The notes beneath the pieces are model-generated. The model was not told the DNA's origin and did not search any database. It saw only the letters and a list, made by a program, of their open reading frames with translations. From a virus (Duplodnaviria; Caudoviricetes): 26,756 nucleotides of DNA. The stretch spans positions 1-26,756 of the IMG/VR virus record IMGVR_UViG_3300009164_000304. One strand, 5' to 3'. Shown one piece after another: positions 7,446 through 18,200 of the stretch. How positions within the stretch are numbered: position 1 is the stretch's first letter; each line of letters opens with the position of its first letter. Both the position numbers and the translations under genes were made by a program.

Positions 7446-9877
7446 AAGATATAGTAATAGACATATTATCCTCTGTTTTCCCTAGTCAGTTAGCAACCGA
7501 CGCAGAGAAGGCATCTGATGCTTATGGGTTACAGATTGGACAGGCCATTCAGTACGAGTGGTTTAGAAAGGATGGGAACTCCTGTAGGTATTACGGGCAA
7601 TGGAGAGAGTTCCATAGGCTAAGGCTTTATGCTCGTGGTGAACAGTCCATACAGAAATATAAAAATGAGTTGGCCATAGATGGCGACCTTTCATACTTGA
7701 ACCTAGATTGGACTCCTGTCCCGGTACTACCAAAGTTTGTAGATATCGTAGTTAACGGCATGTCAGACAGGTTATTTAAGGTGAAGGCGTACGCACAGGA
7801 TGCGATGTCTCAGGCAAAAAGAAGTAAGTATCAGGATATGCTTGAGGGTCAGATGGCTGCCAAGGATATCCTTACAACAATACAGGAAAATACGGGAGCA
7901 AATCCATTCATGATGGAGCCTGATAAACTTCCTGAGACCGACGAGGAGTTGGCGTTATATATGCAGTTGAATTACAAGCCTGCGATAGAGATTGCAGAGG
8001 AAGAGGCGATAAATACCATGTTTGATGAGAACAAGTACGACGATACACGCAAGAGACTAGACTACGACAATACGGTACTAGGCATAGCGGTAGCTAAGCA
8101 CGAGTTTCTTCTAGGGGAGGGGGTTAAAATATCCTACGTAGACCCTGCAAATGTGGTATATAGTTATACAGAAGACCCGTACTTTAGGGACTGTTTTTAT
8201 TGGGGTGAAATTAAAACGATGCCCCTAACGGAGTTGATGAAGATTGACCCGACTCTTACCAAAGAGGAACTACAGGAAATATCAATGTATAGTCAGGGAT
8301 GGTACGACTACTATAACGTGTCTCAATTTTATGAGAACAGCATGTTTGCACGTGATACGTGTACCTTGATGTACTTCAACTACAAGACCACTAAGAAGGT
8401 TGTATATAAGAAGAAGATACTTGAGAACGGTGGTTCTAGGCTTATTGAAAAGAACGACACGTTCAATCCTCCAAAGGAGATGATGGACGAGGGTAACTTT
8501 GAGAAAATTGAGAAGACTATTGACGTGTGGTACGAAGGTGTCATGGTAATGGGAACAAATATTTTATTGAAGTGGGAACTTTCAGAGAACATGGTTCGGC
8601 CAAAGTCTGCATCTCAACATGCGCTACCCAACTACGTGGCATGTGCGCCTAGGATGTATAAGGGAAGGATTGAGTCTTTGGTTCGTAGGATGATACCGTT
8701 CGCTGATTTAATTCAGGTGACACATCTTAAACTACAGCAGGTTATCGCAAGGGTTGTACCCGACGGTGTTTTCATTGACGCAGACGCATTGAGTGAGATA
8801 GACCTAGGACAGGGCAACGCATACAATCCCGAGGATGCGCTTAGGCTTTACTTCCAAACGGGTAGTGTGATCGGTAGAAGTTTTACAGGAGACGGAGACT
8901 TTAATAATGCAAGGGTTCCAATTACTCAGTTAAACTCAAACTCAGGCGCAGGGAAGACTCAAATGCTTATAGCTAACTATAACCATTACATGGACATGAT
9001 TAGGTCTGTAACAGGCTTAAACGAGGCTAGAGATGGTTCGTCTCCTGACCCAAGTTCATTAGTTGGTGTACAGAAGTTGGCCGCACTTAATTCAAACACT
9101 GCAACTAGGCACATACTTGAAGGTGGCTTATATTTATATAGGTCGTTAGCAGAGGCTTTGACCTACAGGATAGCTGACATATTAGAGTACGCAGACTTCA
9201 AGGACGACTTTGTTAACAAGATAGGGAAGTACAACGTGTCTATACTGAACGACATATCAGACCTGTACATATACGATTTTGGTATCTTTATAGAGATAGC
9301 ACCCGACGAGGAGCAGAAGGCACAACTTGAGGCAAACATTCAGATGGCCTTGTCTAAGGGAGACATTAATCTTGAGGATGCTATTGACATACGTGAGATA
9401 AGGAACCTTAAACTTGCCAATCAGTTGTTAAAAATGAAGAGGGTTAAGAAGCAGGAGCGTGAGGACAAGATGGAGATGCAGAAGCAGGCCATGACATCAC
9501 AGCAGCAGCTTAAGTCTCAGGAGATGGCCGCTCAGACTGCAATGCAGAAGATACAGGCCGAGACTCAGTCTAAGATGCAGATAATGCAGGCAGAGTACCA
9601 ACTAAGTTCTCAAAAAATGCAGGAGGAGGCTCAGTTAAAATCTCAGTTAATGAACGAGGAGTTTGGTTACAACCAACAGCTACACAATATGGAGGTAGGG
9701 AACTTATCTAAACGTGAGCAGGATAGGGAGGACGCAAAGGCTAAAAGGATTAGTCAGCAGAATACGGAGCAGTCTAAGTTAATAAATCAAAGAAAGAATA
9801 ACCTTCCACCTTTAGATTTTGAGTCAAACGAGGATAGCCTAGACGGATTCGATTTAGCTGAGTTTAACCCTAGATAA
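7442..9877 (+). CDS. Portal protein
   Basis: 811 aa, ATGA overlap with TerL. PVLPKFVDIVVNG and SVTGLNEARDG motifs, and a Q/M-rich C-terminal coiled-coil barrel as in P22/crAss-type portals. Confidence 0.85.
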   Translation: MKDIVIDILSSVFPSQLATDAEKASDAYGLQIGQAIQYEWFRKDGNSCRYYGQWREFHRLRLYARGEQSIQKYKNELAIDGDLSYLNLDWTPVPVLPKFVDIVVNGMSDRLFKVKAYAQDAMSQAKRSKYQDMLEGQMAAKDILTTIQENTGANPFMMEPDKLPETDEELALYMQLNYKPAIEIAEEEAINTMFDENKYDDTRKRLDYDNTVLGIAVAKHEFLLGEGVKISYVDPANVVYSYTEDPYFRDCFYWGEIKTMPLTELMKIDPTLTKEELQEISMYSQGWYDYYNVSQFYENSMFARDTCTLMYFNYKTTKKVVYKKKILENGGSRLIEKNDTFNPPKEMMDEGNFEKIEKTIDVWYEGVMVMGTNILLKWELSENMVRPKSASQHALPNYVACAPRMYKGRIESLVRRMIPFADLIQVTHLKLQQVIARVVPDGVFIDADALSEIDLGQGNAYNPEDALRLYFQTGSVIGRSFTGDGDFNNARVPITQLNSNSGAGKTQMLIANYNHYMDMIRSVTGLNEARDGSSPDPSSLVGVQKLAALNSNTATRHILEGGLYLYRSLAEALTYRIADILEYADFKDDFVNKIGKYNVSILNDISDLYIYDFGIFIEIAPDEEQKAQLEANIQMALSKGDINLEDAIDIREIRNLKLANQLLKMKRVKKQEREDKMEMQKQAMTSQQQLKSQEMAAQTAMQKIQAETQSKMQIMQAEYQLSSQKMQEEAQLKSQLMNEEFGYNQQLHNMEVGNLSKREQDREDAKAKRISQQNTEQSKLINQRKNNLPPLDFESNEDSLDGFDLAEFNPR

Positions 9878-9887
9878 AAAAATTCAA

Positions 9888-9908
9888 TTTTTTTGTATAA
9901 ATTTGTAA
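9888..9908 (+). promoter_or_regulatory. Bacteroidota-type promoter (TAAATTTG at 9898-9905) for the scaffold/capsid genes
   Basis: TAnnTTTG 21 nt before the ATG at 9927. 19/21 identical to 13351-13371. Preceded by the AT palindrome AAAAAAATT-C-AATTTTTTT (9876-9894). Confidence 0.65.
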
Positions 9909-9926
9909 CAATTAAAATCTAATCAA

Positions 9927-11021
9927 ATGGAAATGAAGGTAAGAGCAATCGAAATGATTGAGCCAAAAAGTGTTCAGGAGGTAGAAGAAAGTCTACTTGA
10001 TAAGCATGAACAACAGTTTGAGGATGCACAAGAAGATGTGCAGATTATTGAAAATAATGCACAAGATGATGTGCAAAATTTAGAAACAGAGTTAAAAGAA
10101 GAGGACGTTCTTTCATATATTGGTAAAAGGTACAACAAGCAGATCAATTCATTTGATGAGTTGATGGCTGAGAGACAAGAGCAGGAGCAGATGCCCGAGG
10201 ATGTTGCGTCTTATATGAAGTATAAGAAGGAGACAGGCAGAGGATTTGAAGACTTCCTTAAGTTAAAGAAGGACTTCGAGGAGATGAATCCTGACCAATT
10301 ATTAAAGGAGTATCTTTCATCTACACAGGAGGGACTTGACGAGGATGATATCGAGTCTTTGATGGAAGACTATAGGTACGACGAGGATTTGGATGACGAG
10401 TCTACCGTTAAGAAGGTAAAGATTTTAAAGAAAAAGACTATTGTTGAGGCTAAAAAGTACTTCAACTCTCAGAAGGAGAAATATAAAATGCCACTTGAGT
10501 CAAGCACGGCATCACTTTCCGATGATGAGAAGCAGGAGTTTGAAAGCTACAAGCAGTATACAAAACAGGCAAAGACTCTACAGGAGGAGAACAGTCGTAA
10601 GCGTCAATGGTTTGACCAAAAGACGGGAGAGGTTTTTGATAATGGATTCAAAGGTTTTGAGTTTAATATCAACGACAAGAAACTTACATTTTCTCCGGGG
10701 GATGCAACCGAACTTAAAAAGAATCAATCAACACCTTCAAACTTTATTAATAAGTTTTTAGACGAGAGTGGTTTAATTAAAGATGCGGTTGGATACCACA
10801 AGTCGTTGTCGATTGCAATGAACCCCGACAAGTTTGCTAGATTTTTCTACGAACAAGGTTTATCTGATGCAACTGAGGATGGGATGCGCAAGATTAAGAA
10901 TATAAACATGTCTGAGCGTAAGGCACCCGAGGTAGGAAAGATGACGGACGGAATGCAGGTGAAAGCAGTAAACCCTGATTCAGGTAAAAGCCTGAAAATA
11001 CGCAGTATAAAACGAGTTTAA
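9927..11021 (+). CDS. Putative capsid scaffolding protein
   Basis: 364 aa, very acidic and helical, located between portal and major capsid. Confidence 0.7.
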   Translation: MEMKVRAIEMIEPKSVQEVEESLLDKHEQQFEDAQEDVQIIENNAQDDVQNLETELKEEDVLSYIGKRYNKQINSFDELMAERQEQEQMPEDVASYMKYKKETGRGFEDFLKLKKDFEEMNPDQLLKEYLSSTQEGLDEDDIESLMEDYRYDEDLDDESTVKKVKILKKKTIVEAKKYFNSQKEKYKMPLESSTASLSDDEKQEFESYKQYTKQAKTLQEENSRKRQWFDQKTGEVFDNGFKGFEFNINDKKLTFSPGDATELKKNQSTPSNFINKFLDESGLIKDAVGYHKSLSIAMNPDKFARFFYEQGLSDATEDGMRKIKNINMSERKAPEVGKMTDGMQVKAVNPDSGKSLKIRSIKRV

Positions 11022-11043
11022 ATAACAATTAAAAACATTAAAA

Positions 11044-12468
11044 ATGGCAAGTGCATTATTAAATAATCCTACGTACGCCCTGCAACCGTCAGCGCAACAA
11101 GTAGCATTACAAACAAATTACATCACCAACTTCAACTTCTTGAATCAGTACTTACCTGATACCTATGAGAAAGAATTTGAGCGTTATGGTAACAGAACAG
11201 TTTCCTCATTCTTAAGAATGGTTGGCGCTGAGATGCCTTCTAACTCTGATCAGATTAAGTGGGCAGAACAAGGTCGTCTTCACATCAAGTACACCAACAT
11301 TACATCAGCAGCAGCTTTAGGTTCAGCAACAGCTACCTTCACTGTAGCAGATACAGGTGTTACCTCTAGTGCAATCAGAATCGGTCAGACCGTTATGATT
11401 CAAAACAATGCAGTAGGCGGTGGTGTTTATAACAAAGCAATCGTTACTGCGGTTCCATCTGCATTAACTTTTACAGTTGCTTACTATGAGGCAGCAGGTC
11501 AATCTTTTGCAGTAGGAACACAGTGTACTGTATTCATCTACGGTTCTGAGTTTAAGAAAGGAACCAATGGAATGATCGGTTCTTTAGAAGCACAGGATTC
11601 TATCTACAGCAACAACCCAATTATCATCAAAGATAAGTATGCGGTTAATGGTTCTGACATGGCTCAGATTGGATGGGTAGAGGTTACCACCGAGAATGGA
11701 GCAACAGGGTACTTATGGTACTTGAAGTCAGAGCATGAGACTCGTCTTCGTTTTGAAGATTACATGGAGACTGCTATGATCGAGGCCGTTCCCGCAGTAA
11801 GCGGTTCAGGTGCTGCTACAGCAGGCATGATGGGTTCTGAGGGCGTATTCTACGTTGTTAACAACCGTGGTAACGTATGGGGTGGTGGTACACCGACTTC
11901 ATTGTCTGATTGGGATTCTATCGTTAACCGTTTAGATAAGCAGGGTGCTATCGAAGAGAACGTAGTTTTCGTTAATCGTGGATTAAGTTTCGATATCGAT
12001 AACATGTTGGCCACATTAAATGGTTACACATCAGGTGGTGTTGCTCAGTCTGCATCCTTTGGTTTGTTCGACAACGACGTGAATATGGCGTTAAACTTAG
12101 GCTTCACAGGATTCCGTAGAGGTTACGATTTCTACAAGTCTGATTGGAAGTACTTGAACGACCCAACAATGCGTGGTGGTCTTAACAACAGTGCAGCTAC
12201 AGCTACAGGCACAATCACAGGTTTGATGGTTCCTGCAGGTTCTACCTCAGTATACGATCAGATCATGGGTAAGAACGCAAAGCGTCCATTCTTACATGTT
12301 AGATACCGTGCCTCTGAGGCCGAAGATCGCAGATACAAGACTTGGATTACAGGTTCTGCCGGAGGAGCACAAACAAGCGACCTTGATGCAATGGAGGTAA
12401 ACTTCTTGTCTGAGCGTTGCGTTTGTACACTTGGAGCAAATAACTTCGTATTGTTCCGTTATGGATAG
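11044..12468 (+). CDS. Major capsid protein
   Basis: 474 aa after the scaffold, followed by a strong terminator. YLPDTYEKEFERYGNR and IKWAEQGRLH motifs recalled from Bacteroidota podovirus MCPs. Codon usage suggests high expression. Confidence 0.85.
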   Translation: MASALLNNPTYALQPSAQQVALQTNYITNFNFLNQYLPDTYEKEFERYGNRTVSSFLRMVGAEMPSNSDQIKWAEQGRLHIKYTNITSAAALGSATATFTVADTGVTSSAIRIGQTVMIQNNAVGGGVYNKAIVTAVPSALTFTVAYYEAAGQSFAVGTQCTVFIYGSEFKKGTNGMIGSLEAQDSIYSNNPIIIKDKYAVNGSDMAQIGWVEVTTENGATGYLWYLKSEHETRLRFEDYMETAMIEAVPAVSGSGAATAGMMGSEGVFYVVNNRGNVWGGGTPTSLSDWDSIVNRLDKQGAIEENVVFVNRGLSFDIDNMLATLNGYTSGGVAQSASFGLFDNDVNMALNLGFTGFRRGYDFYKSDWKYLNDPTMRGGLNNSAATATGTITGLMVPAGSTSVYDQIMGKNAKRPFLHVRYRASEAEDRRYKTWITGSAGGAQTSDLDAMEVNFLSERCVCTLGANNFVLFRYG

Positions 12469-12485
12469 TATATAGTTGGAAATAA

Positions 12486-12526
12486 GGAGGGTGTCTTCAA
12501 GGACACTCTCCATTTTATTTTTTTTT
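12486..12526 (+). terminator. Rho-independent terminator after the capsid gene
   Basis: Stem GGAGGGTGTC / GACACTCTCC (one G-U pair), loop TTCAAG, followed by ATTTTATTTTTTTTT. Confidence 0.85.
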
Positions 12527-12548
12527 AACTTTAATTAAATTATATTAA

Positions 12549-13292
12549 ATGTCAACACCAAAGGCGTCAGTAGACAAGGTCTACAGACTAAAGGCAGGAA
12601 CTCCGCTTTCCTACACACTAGCATCAAGAAACCATCCAAGGTTCCCACTAATGTGGTACGATGAAAAAAATAATCAGAACCGTGCACTTAGGTACGCAAC
12701 AAACCAAAAGTCTCCATTTGAGGATGAACAGGACGGTAACGTAATGATTGAACCCATTATATTTGAGGATGGATTCCTTCGTGTTACAAGAACAAACCCC
12801 GTACTTCAAGAATTTTTACATTATCACCCATTAAACGGAAGCGTTTTTGTAGAGGTAGATAAAGAAAAAGATGCAAGCACTCAGGTAGAAGAGTTCAATA
12901 TCGAGGTTGATGCATTAATTGAGGCTAGACAGCTTTCAATAGAGCAGGTTGAGGTTCTTACCCGTGTTATGTTTGGTAAAGACCCATCGTCTACATCAAC
13001 TGCAGAGTTAAAGAGGGACATATTGGTATATGCTAAGACGTCCCCTAGGGAGTTTTTGAATATACTAAACGACCCCGAATTAAAATTCCAAGCAAAGGTT
13101 CGCATGTTCTTTGAGAACAAGTTACTAGCCTTAAGAAATAACGACAAAGAGGTTTGGTTTAATACCACAACTAATAAGAAAAAAATGTTATCTGTACCAT
13201 TTGGAGAGAGTCCATTTGATATAGTTGGACACTTCCTACAGAGTGATGAGGGTATCGACTCATTAAAAATGTTAGAGGCGTCTCTATTTTAG
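12549..13292 (+). CDS. Conserved virion-module protein (hypothetical)
   Basis: 247 aa immediately after the MCP; NRALRYATNQKSPFEDEQ and IIFEDGFL motifs. Confidence 0.75.
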   Translation: MSTPKASVDKVYRLKAGTPLSYTLASRNHPRFPLMWYDEKNNQNRALRYATNQKSPFEDEQDGNVMIEPIIFEDGFLRVTRTNPVLQEFLHYHPLNGSVFVEVDKEKDASTQVEEFNIEVDALIEARQLSIEQVEVLTRVMFGKDPSSTSTAELKRDILVYAKTSPREFLNILNDPELKFQAKVRMFFENKLLALRNNDKEVWFNTTTNKKKMLSVPFGESPFDIVGHFLQSDEGIDSLKMLEASLF

Positions 13293-13323
13293 TTTTATGT
13301 GTGTTTTAGTTGGTTACTAAAGG

Positions 13324-13357
13324 AAAGAAGGGTGCTCATTGCACCCTCTTTTTTTTT
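13324..13357 (+). terminator. Rho-independent terminator
   Basis: Stem AGGGTGC / GCACCCT with loop TCATT, followed by C and nine T. Confidence 0.85.
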
Positions 13358-13368
13358 GTGTATATTTG
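13339..13368 (+). promoter_or_regulatory. Bacteroidota-type promoter TTG-N19-TATATTTG overlapping the terminator
   Basis: TTG at 13339-13341, 19-nt spacer, TATATTTG at 13361-13368, ATG at 13383. Confidence 0.65.
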
Positions 13369-13382
13369 TAAAAAATAAACGA

Positions 13383-14357
13383 ATGATAAACTCAGTAAGA
13401 AACAGTGTCTTATCTGTGCTGAATAAGAATAATTACGGTTATATTTCACCATCAGATTTCAATCAGTACGCCCTAAACGCACAGATGGAATTTTTTGATG
13501 AATACTTTAATAGTTATAATAAAAGCATTAATGCTGAGAACGCAAGAATAACAGGCACAGACTACGCAGATATAACAAAAACAATTTCAGAGGTAATAGA
13601 AAGTTTTCTAATATCAAAATATTTACTACCAAAACCTACTCCTGCAGGAAATATTAACAATAGCTACTATATACCGTCGTTGATAACAACAGGTGACGAG
13701 TCTTATATGATAAATAAAGTTCTATGCTATACTAGCATGCTTGCTTTGGGAACTAATACATCTATAAGTGCATTTAATTTAGTAAACTCTGCAACGGTTT
13801 CATTTCTTACGTTAGGCATAAGTGTTGGAGATATAGTACTGAACATTACTAGGAAGACTTCTTCTACTGTTGCATCTATTACAAATGCAACAACAATTGC
13901 TTTAAATAACGACCTATTCTTTAACGTAGGAGACTCTTACGTTATTCTTTCAGCATCAATTTACAACGAGGCTGAGAAGGTTTCTACCGGGAAAATATCG
14001 TTGCTAAATGCATCACTGTTAACGGCACCATCAATTTACTATCCTGCATATAATATTATAGGAAATACAATGAATTTGTATCCGGCAACTATAAAGGGAT
14101 ACGGAATGGTGAACGCTACGTATTTCAGGTATCCGTACGTTCCAAAGTGGACTTATACAACTTTGATTGACGGAACACCTGCATTCGATCAGTCACAGCC
14201 GGACTATCAGGACTTTGAGTTGCCGCAGGAGGATGAATATAAACTAGTGGTTAAGATACTTGAGTACTGCGGTATATCAATCCGTGAGCAAGAGGTTGTG
14301 CAGTTTGCTATGGCACAAGAGCAGCATGAACAGCCTTCATTCAGTCAGAAACAATAA
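13383..14357 (+). CDS. Head-tail connector / tail ring (tubular A-like) protein
   Basis: True start is most likely ATG 13383 (MINSVRNSVLSVLNKNNYGYISPSDFN), since the upstream extension crosses a terminator. C-terminal DFELP..E.KLVVKILEYCGISIRE motif. Position after the capsid. Confidence 0.7.
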   Translation: MINSVRNSVLSVLNKNNYGYISPSDFNQYALNAQMEFFDEYFNSYNKSINAENARITGTDYADITKTISEVIESFLISKYLLPKPTPAGNINNSYYIPSLITTGDESYMINKVLCYTSMLALGTNTSISAFNLVNSATVSFLTLGISVGDIVLNITRKTSSTVASITNATTIALNNDLFFNVGDSYVILSASIYNEAEKVSTGKISLLNASLLTAPSIYYPAYNIIGNTMNLYPATIKGYGMVNATYFRYPYVPKWTYTTLIDGTPAFDQSQPDYQDFELPQEDEYKLVVKILEYCGISIREQEVVQFAMAQEQHEQPSFSQKQ

Positions 14358-14368
14358 AATAAATAATA

Positions 14369-15292
14369 ATGGCATATATATCACAGTATCAGTACTATGA
14401 GAACAATGGCAACACGCCACAGGATGCCAATTGGGGTTCCTATCAGTACGTCAGTTTGCAGGATATTATAACAAACTTCCTATTAATGTACTCGGGTAAC
14501 CACTCATTGGTAAATAACGAGGAGAGGTATAAGATTCTTTTCCACGCAAAGCGTGCGGTTCAGGAGTTAAACTACGATGCATTTAAAGAAATAAAGGTAC
14601 TAGAGTTGAGTGTAACTGAATCTTTGAGATTTGTGCTACCTTCCGACTACGTTAATTGGGTTCGTGTTTCTATGTACAAGGATGGATGGCTTAGACCTTT
14701 AAGTGAGAATATTCAGACGCTTTCTTCTAACGCATATCTTCAAGATCAACGTGGAAATATCCTGTTCGATCAGAACGGTAATATCCTATCTCCTCAGTAC
14801 TCTGAGATAGATTTCGATAGGATTATGAAGACCAAGAAGAGTATATACCTTAACCAAGGCAATCAATTTGATGGCAACTTGGGTTGGAACTACGACGGGA
14901 TGTGGTACTTCGAGTATAGTATAGGCACAGCCTTTGGTTTAAATACAGAGACGGCTAACTTCAACCCTACGTTTAACATAGATAAGAAGGCGGGCGTAAT
15001 AAATTTTGACTCTAGTATGGCTGACGAGTCTTGTATACTTGAGTACGTGTCCGACGGTATGGAGGGAGGAGACAACTCGTTAATTACAGTAAATAAATTA
15101 TTTGAGGCGTATATTTACGCAGCAATTGAGTACGAGATACTGAGTTCTAAGTTTGGTGTTCAGGAGTACATCATCACACGTGCTCGTAAAAAAAGAAGGG
15201 CGTTGCTAAATAACGCAAAGATTAGAATCAGTAACATTCACCCCGGCAGACTCTTGATGAACTTGAGAGGCATGGACAAGATAATTAAATAA
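14369..15292 (+). CDS. Structural protein, probable second tail ring protein
   Basis: 307 aa; WGSYQYVSL, LPSDYVNWVRVS and ILEYVSDG motifs. Located between the connector and muzzle genes. Confidence 0.7.
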   Translation: MAYISQYQYYENNGNTPQDANWGSYQYVSLQDIITNFLLMYSGNHSLVNNEERYKILFHAKRAVQELNYDAFKEIKVLELSVTESLRFVLPSDYVNWVRVSMYKDGWLRPLSENIQTLSSNAYLQDQRGNILFDQNGNILSPQYSEIDFDRIMKTKKSIYLNQGNQFDGNLGWNYDGMWYFEYSIGTAFGLNTETANFNPTFNIDKKAGVINFDSSMADESCILEYVSDGMEGGDNSLITVNKLFEAYIYAAIEYEILSSKFGVQEYIITRARKKRRALLNNAKIRISNIHPGRLLMNLRGMDKIIK

Positions 15293-15293
15293 T

Positions 15294-18200
15294 ATGGCAA
15301 AACTTTCAAGGAACTTTATAGCAGGACGGATGAATAAGGTTGTTGACGAGCGTCTTGTACCCGAGGGAGAATATATAGACGCCATGAACATAAGGATGGG
15401 TTCAACCGAGAACTCAGAGGTTGGTGTGATTGAGAACACCAAAGGCAACGTTGCGCTCACTAACCTTACCTATATTGACGGCACACCTTTGAGTGTAAGT
15501 GCAAGATGCATAGGTGCAATAGAGGACAGCGCAAAGGAGAACATCTATTGGTTCGTACACGACCCCGCATTTACGGGTTCTGCAACGGGTAAACTTGACT
15601 TGATTCTTTCGTACAATACATACACCGACTTGTTATTGTTTCATATTGTGAGTATAAACGACGGTAATGGATTGAACACTACACTTAACTTTAACCCCGC
15701 CTATTTAATAACGGGAGTAAATATAATTGAAGACTTGTTGTTCTTTACGGACGATTATAATCCGCCTAGATTTATTAATGTAAAGTCTTTATATGCAAAT
15801 CCTGTTATGGGAGTTGATGGTTTTAGTGCAGAGTCTATTCTTGTAATTAAAAAGCCACCAACAGAGGCACCAAAGGTTCAACCGATAGTAACAAGTAGTC
15901 AATCAAACTACATGGATACTAGGTTCATATGCTTTGCCTACAGGTACAAGTATGCAAACGGAGAGTACTCTGCCACGTCTCAGTGGTCTGCGCCTTCATT
16001 CATACCAAAACCGTTCTCGTTTACTCCCGCAAATTTTTTAAATGGTGGGATGACAAACCTTTGCAATACGGCAATCGTGACTTATAACTCAGGTGGCCCG
16101 CTTGTTGTTGCAGTAGACCTATTATTCAAGCAGTCTAGCAGTAATATAATAAAGGTAATTGAGAAGTTAAATAAGAAAAATTTAGGACTAGTTGACTACG
16201 TTGATTATACGTTTACTTTTAATAACAGTAAAATATTTACAGTTCTACCCGAGTCAGAACTTTTAAGACTTTATGACAACGTTCCACGTGTAGCAAAGGC
16301 TCAGACTATAATGGGGAATAGGTTAATGTATGGGAACTACCTTGAGGGATATAACCTGATTGACCATAACGGTAACCCAATAAAGTTAGAGTATAGCACT
16401 AAACTTATAACGGAGCCTATTGGACTTACTACCATAGGAGACACAACGGCACCAAGCAATTATAATATAAACGGTGCGCAGACTATTACAGACTCTTTAA
16501 TTGAAATAGACCTAGCAGGAGCAAATTTAGTTGAAGGGGCGTCGTTATCTATGCAGATAACCATATCACATAGTTTATTTACAGGGCAGACTCCGTTCCC
16601 TGCAGAAACAACGGGAGATACACGCATAACTTTTTCATTCTTTTTAAATAAAAGTTATACTTCTGTTTATCAGATGGCTACTAGTTCTGAGTTTCAGGAT
16701 GCTGTAGGAACCGCATTAAATATAAAACCTGTTTTTTCATCTGTTCCCGGAACTATGACGTCATGCGACGGTGTTACGTTTACGGACGCAATGAACTGTG
16801 CGCTTCCAAACAACTTGGACGCACTTACAAAATTTAGTAGTGGTATAAATACAGGAGGACAGCCTATAACTATAATAACATCACCCGCAAGCAAGGTGAT
16901 TGGATTTCAAGTTGTGGCGATGAGGTACGTTAATAATACAACGACTCCTATTCAAAACGTGTACGAGTACTATCAGGTGTCGTACGTTAATGCCACGTTT
17001 CAAGAGATTGGTAGTCCAAGGAGTTTACATAGCAACAGAGGTTATGAGGTTGGTATAGTGTACATGGATGAGTACCTTCGTGCAAGCACTACGCTAGTTA
17101 GTCCCGTCAATACGGTTCATGTACCGTGCGGATACTCTGCAAATAAGAACTCGATACAGGTCACAATTCCACCAACACAGATAGCACCCGCTTGGGCAAA
17201 GAGGTACAAGTTTGTTATACAACCCGATCAGGAGAACTACGAGACCATATACTGCTATTTATATTTCGCTGACCCTAATACTAACGAGGTTTACTTCCTT
17301 TTAGAGGGAGAGAACGCTAGGAAGGTTGAGACGGGGGATATACTTATAGTTAAGGCAGACACGAACGGCCCAACTAATAACTGCGTTTATGCAACGGTTC
17401 TTGAGAAAAAATCTCAGGCATCTGCATTTATTTCCCCTGTATCAAAGGCAATTGTGCCTGCAGGAGTGTATATGAAGATAAATCCTAACGACTTTGCAGT
17501 TGTTGAAGACCCCAACGCAGTTATAGCGCCGGGACAATTAAGCCAATCTACAAACGTTAGCGGCAACTATCCCGTACTGTCTTACCCGATGAATATACCC
17601 GACCCTAATGTTCCGGGACAGTATATTGACTACACGGTTCCTGCGGGAAGTAGAATCAGGATGTCTATAAGATTTGAAAGGAAAGGTGGTACAGATAACG
17701 GATGTCCAAAAAGAATTTATCAATTAGATAAGACATATATATCATCTGCTGCTTACGATAATATGGAGGATTGGTTCGTTGGAGATAATATAAAAAATAC
17801 ATTAAATGATGGTGTACAAGATATAGGAGGAGGAAACTGTCCTGCACAGAATATATTCATATCAGGACATGGCCCAATAACTGTATCTGACCTGTGTATA
17901 AACTACTACAGGTTTAATAGAGATATATCAAACAACTACCTATACCTTCAAATAAAGGGTACAAGAAGTTGTGGTGGATTCCCTAGGGCAAACAGGTGGA
18001 GGTCTACAGTTACCGCCACGTTTGAGATATTTCGTGCAGAAAACCTTTTGGTATTTGAAACTCAACCAAGTGAGTCACTTCCTGACGTATTCTTTGAGAA
18101 TGATTTATCGTTCTCTATAGACGACAATGGAAACCATTCAGGTAACGTTCAAAATCAAGACATAGCTTACGGTGTACCTGCAATTGTAAACACAGGATTC

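Noticed and set aside
5431-10761. Alternate-frame + strand ORFs 5431-5739 and 10441-10761
   Set aside because: Nested in TerL and the scaffold gene, non-ATG starts, R/L/S-rich frame-shadow composition, and no convincing expression signal.
5199-12468. Introns or inteins in terminase, portal or capsid genes
   Set aside because: The ORFs are continuous, with no intein splice motifs or homing-endonuclease signatures seen.
13299-13382. N-terminal 28-aa extension of the connector ORF as given in the track
   Set aside because: It runs through a terminator and promoter box; ATG 13383 is the better start.
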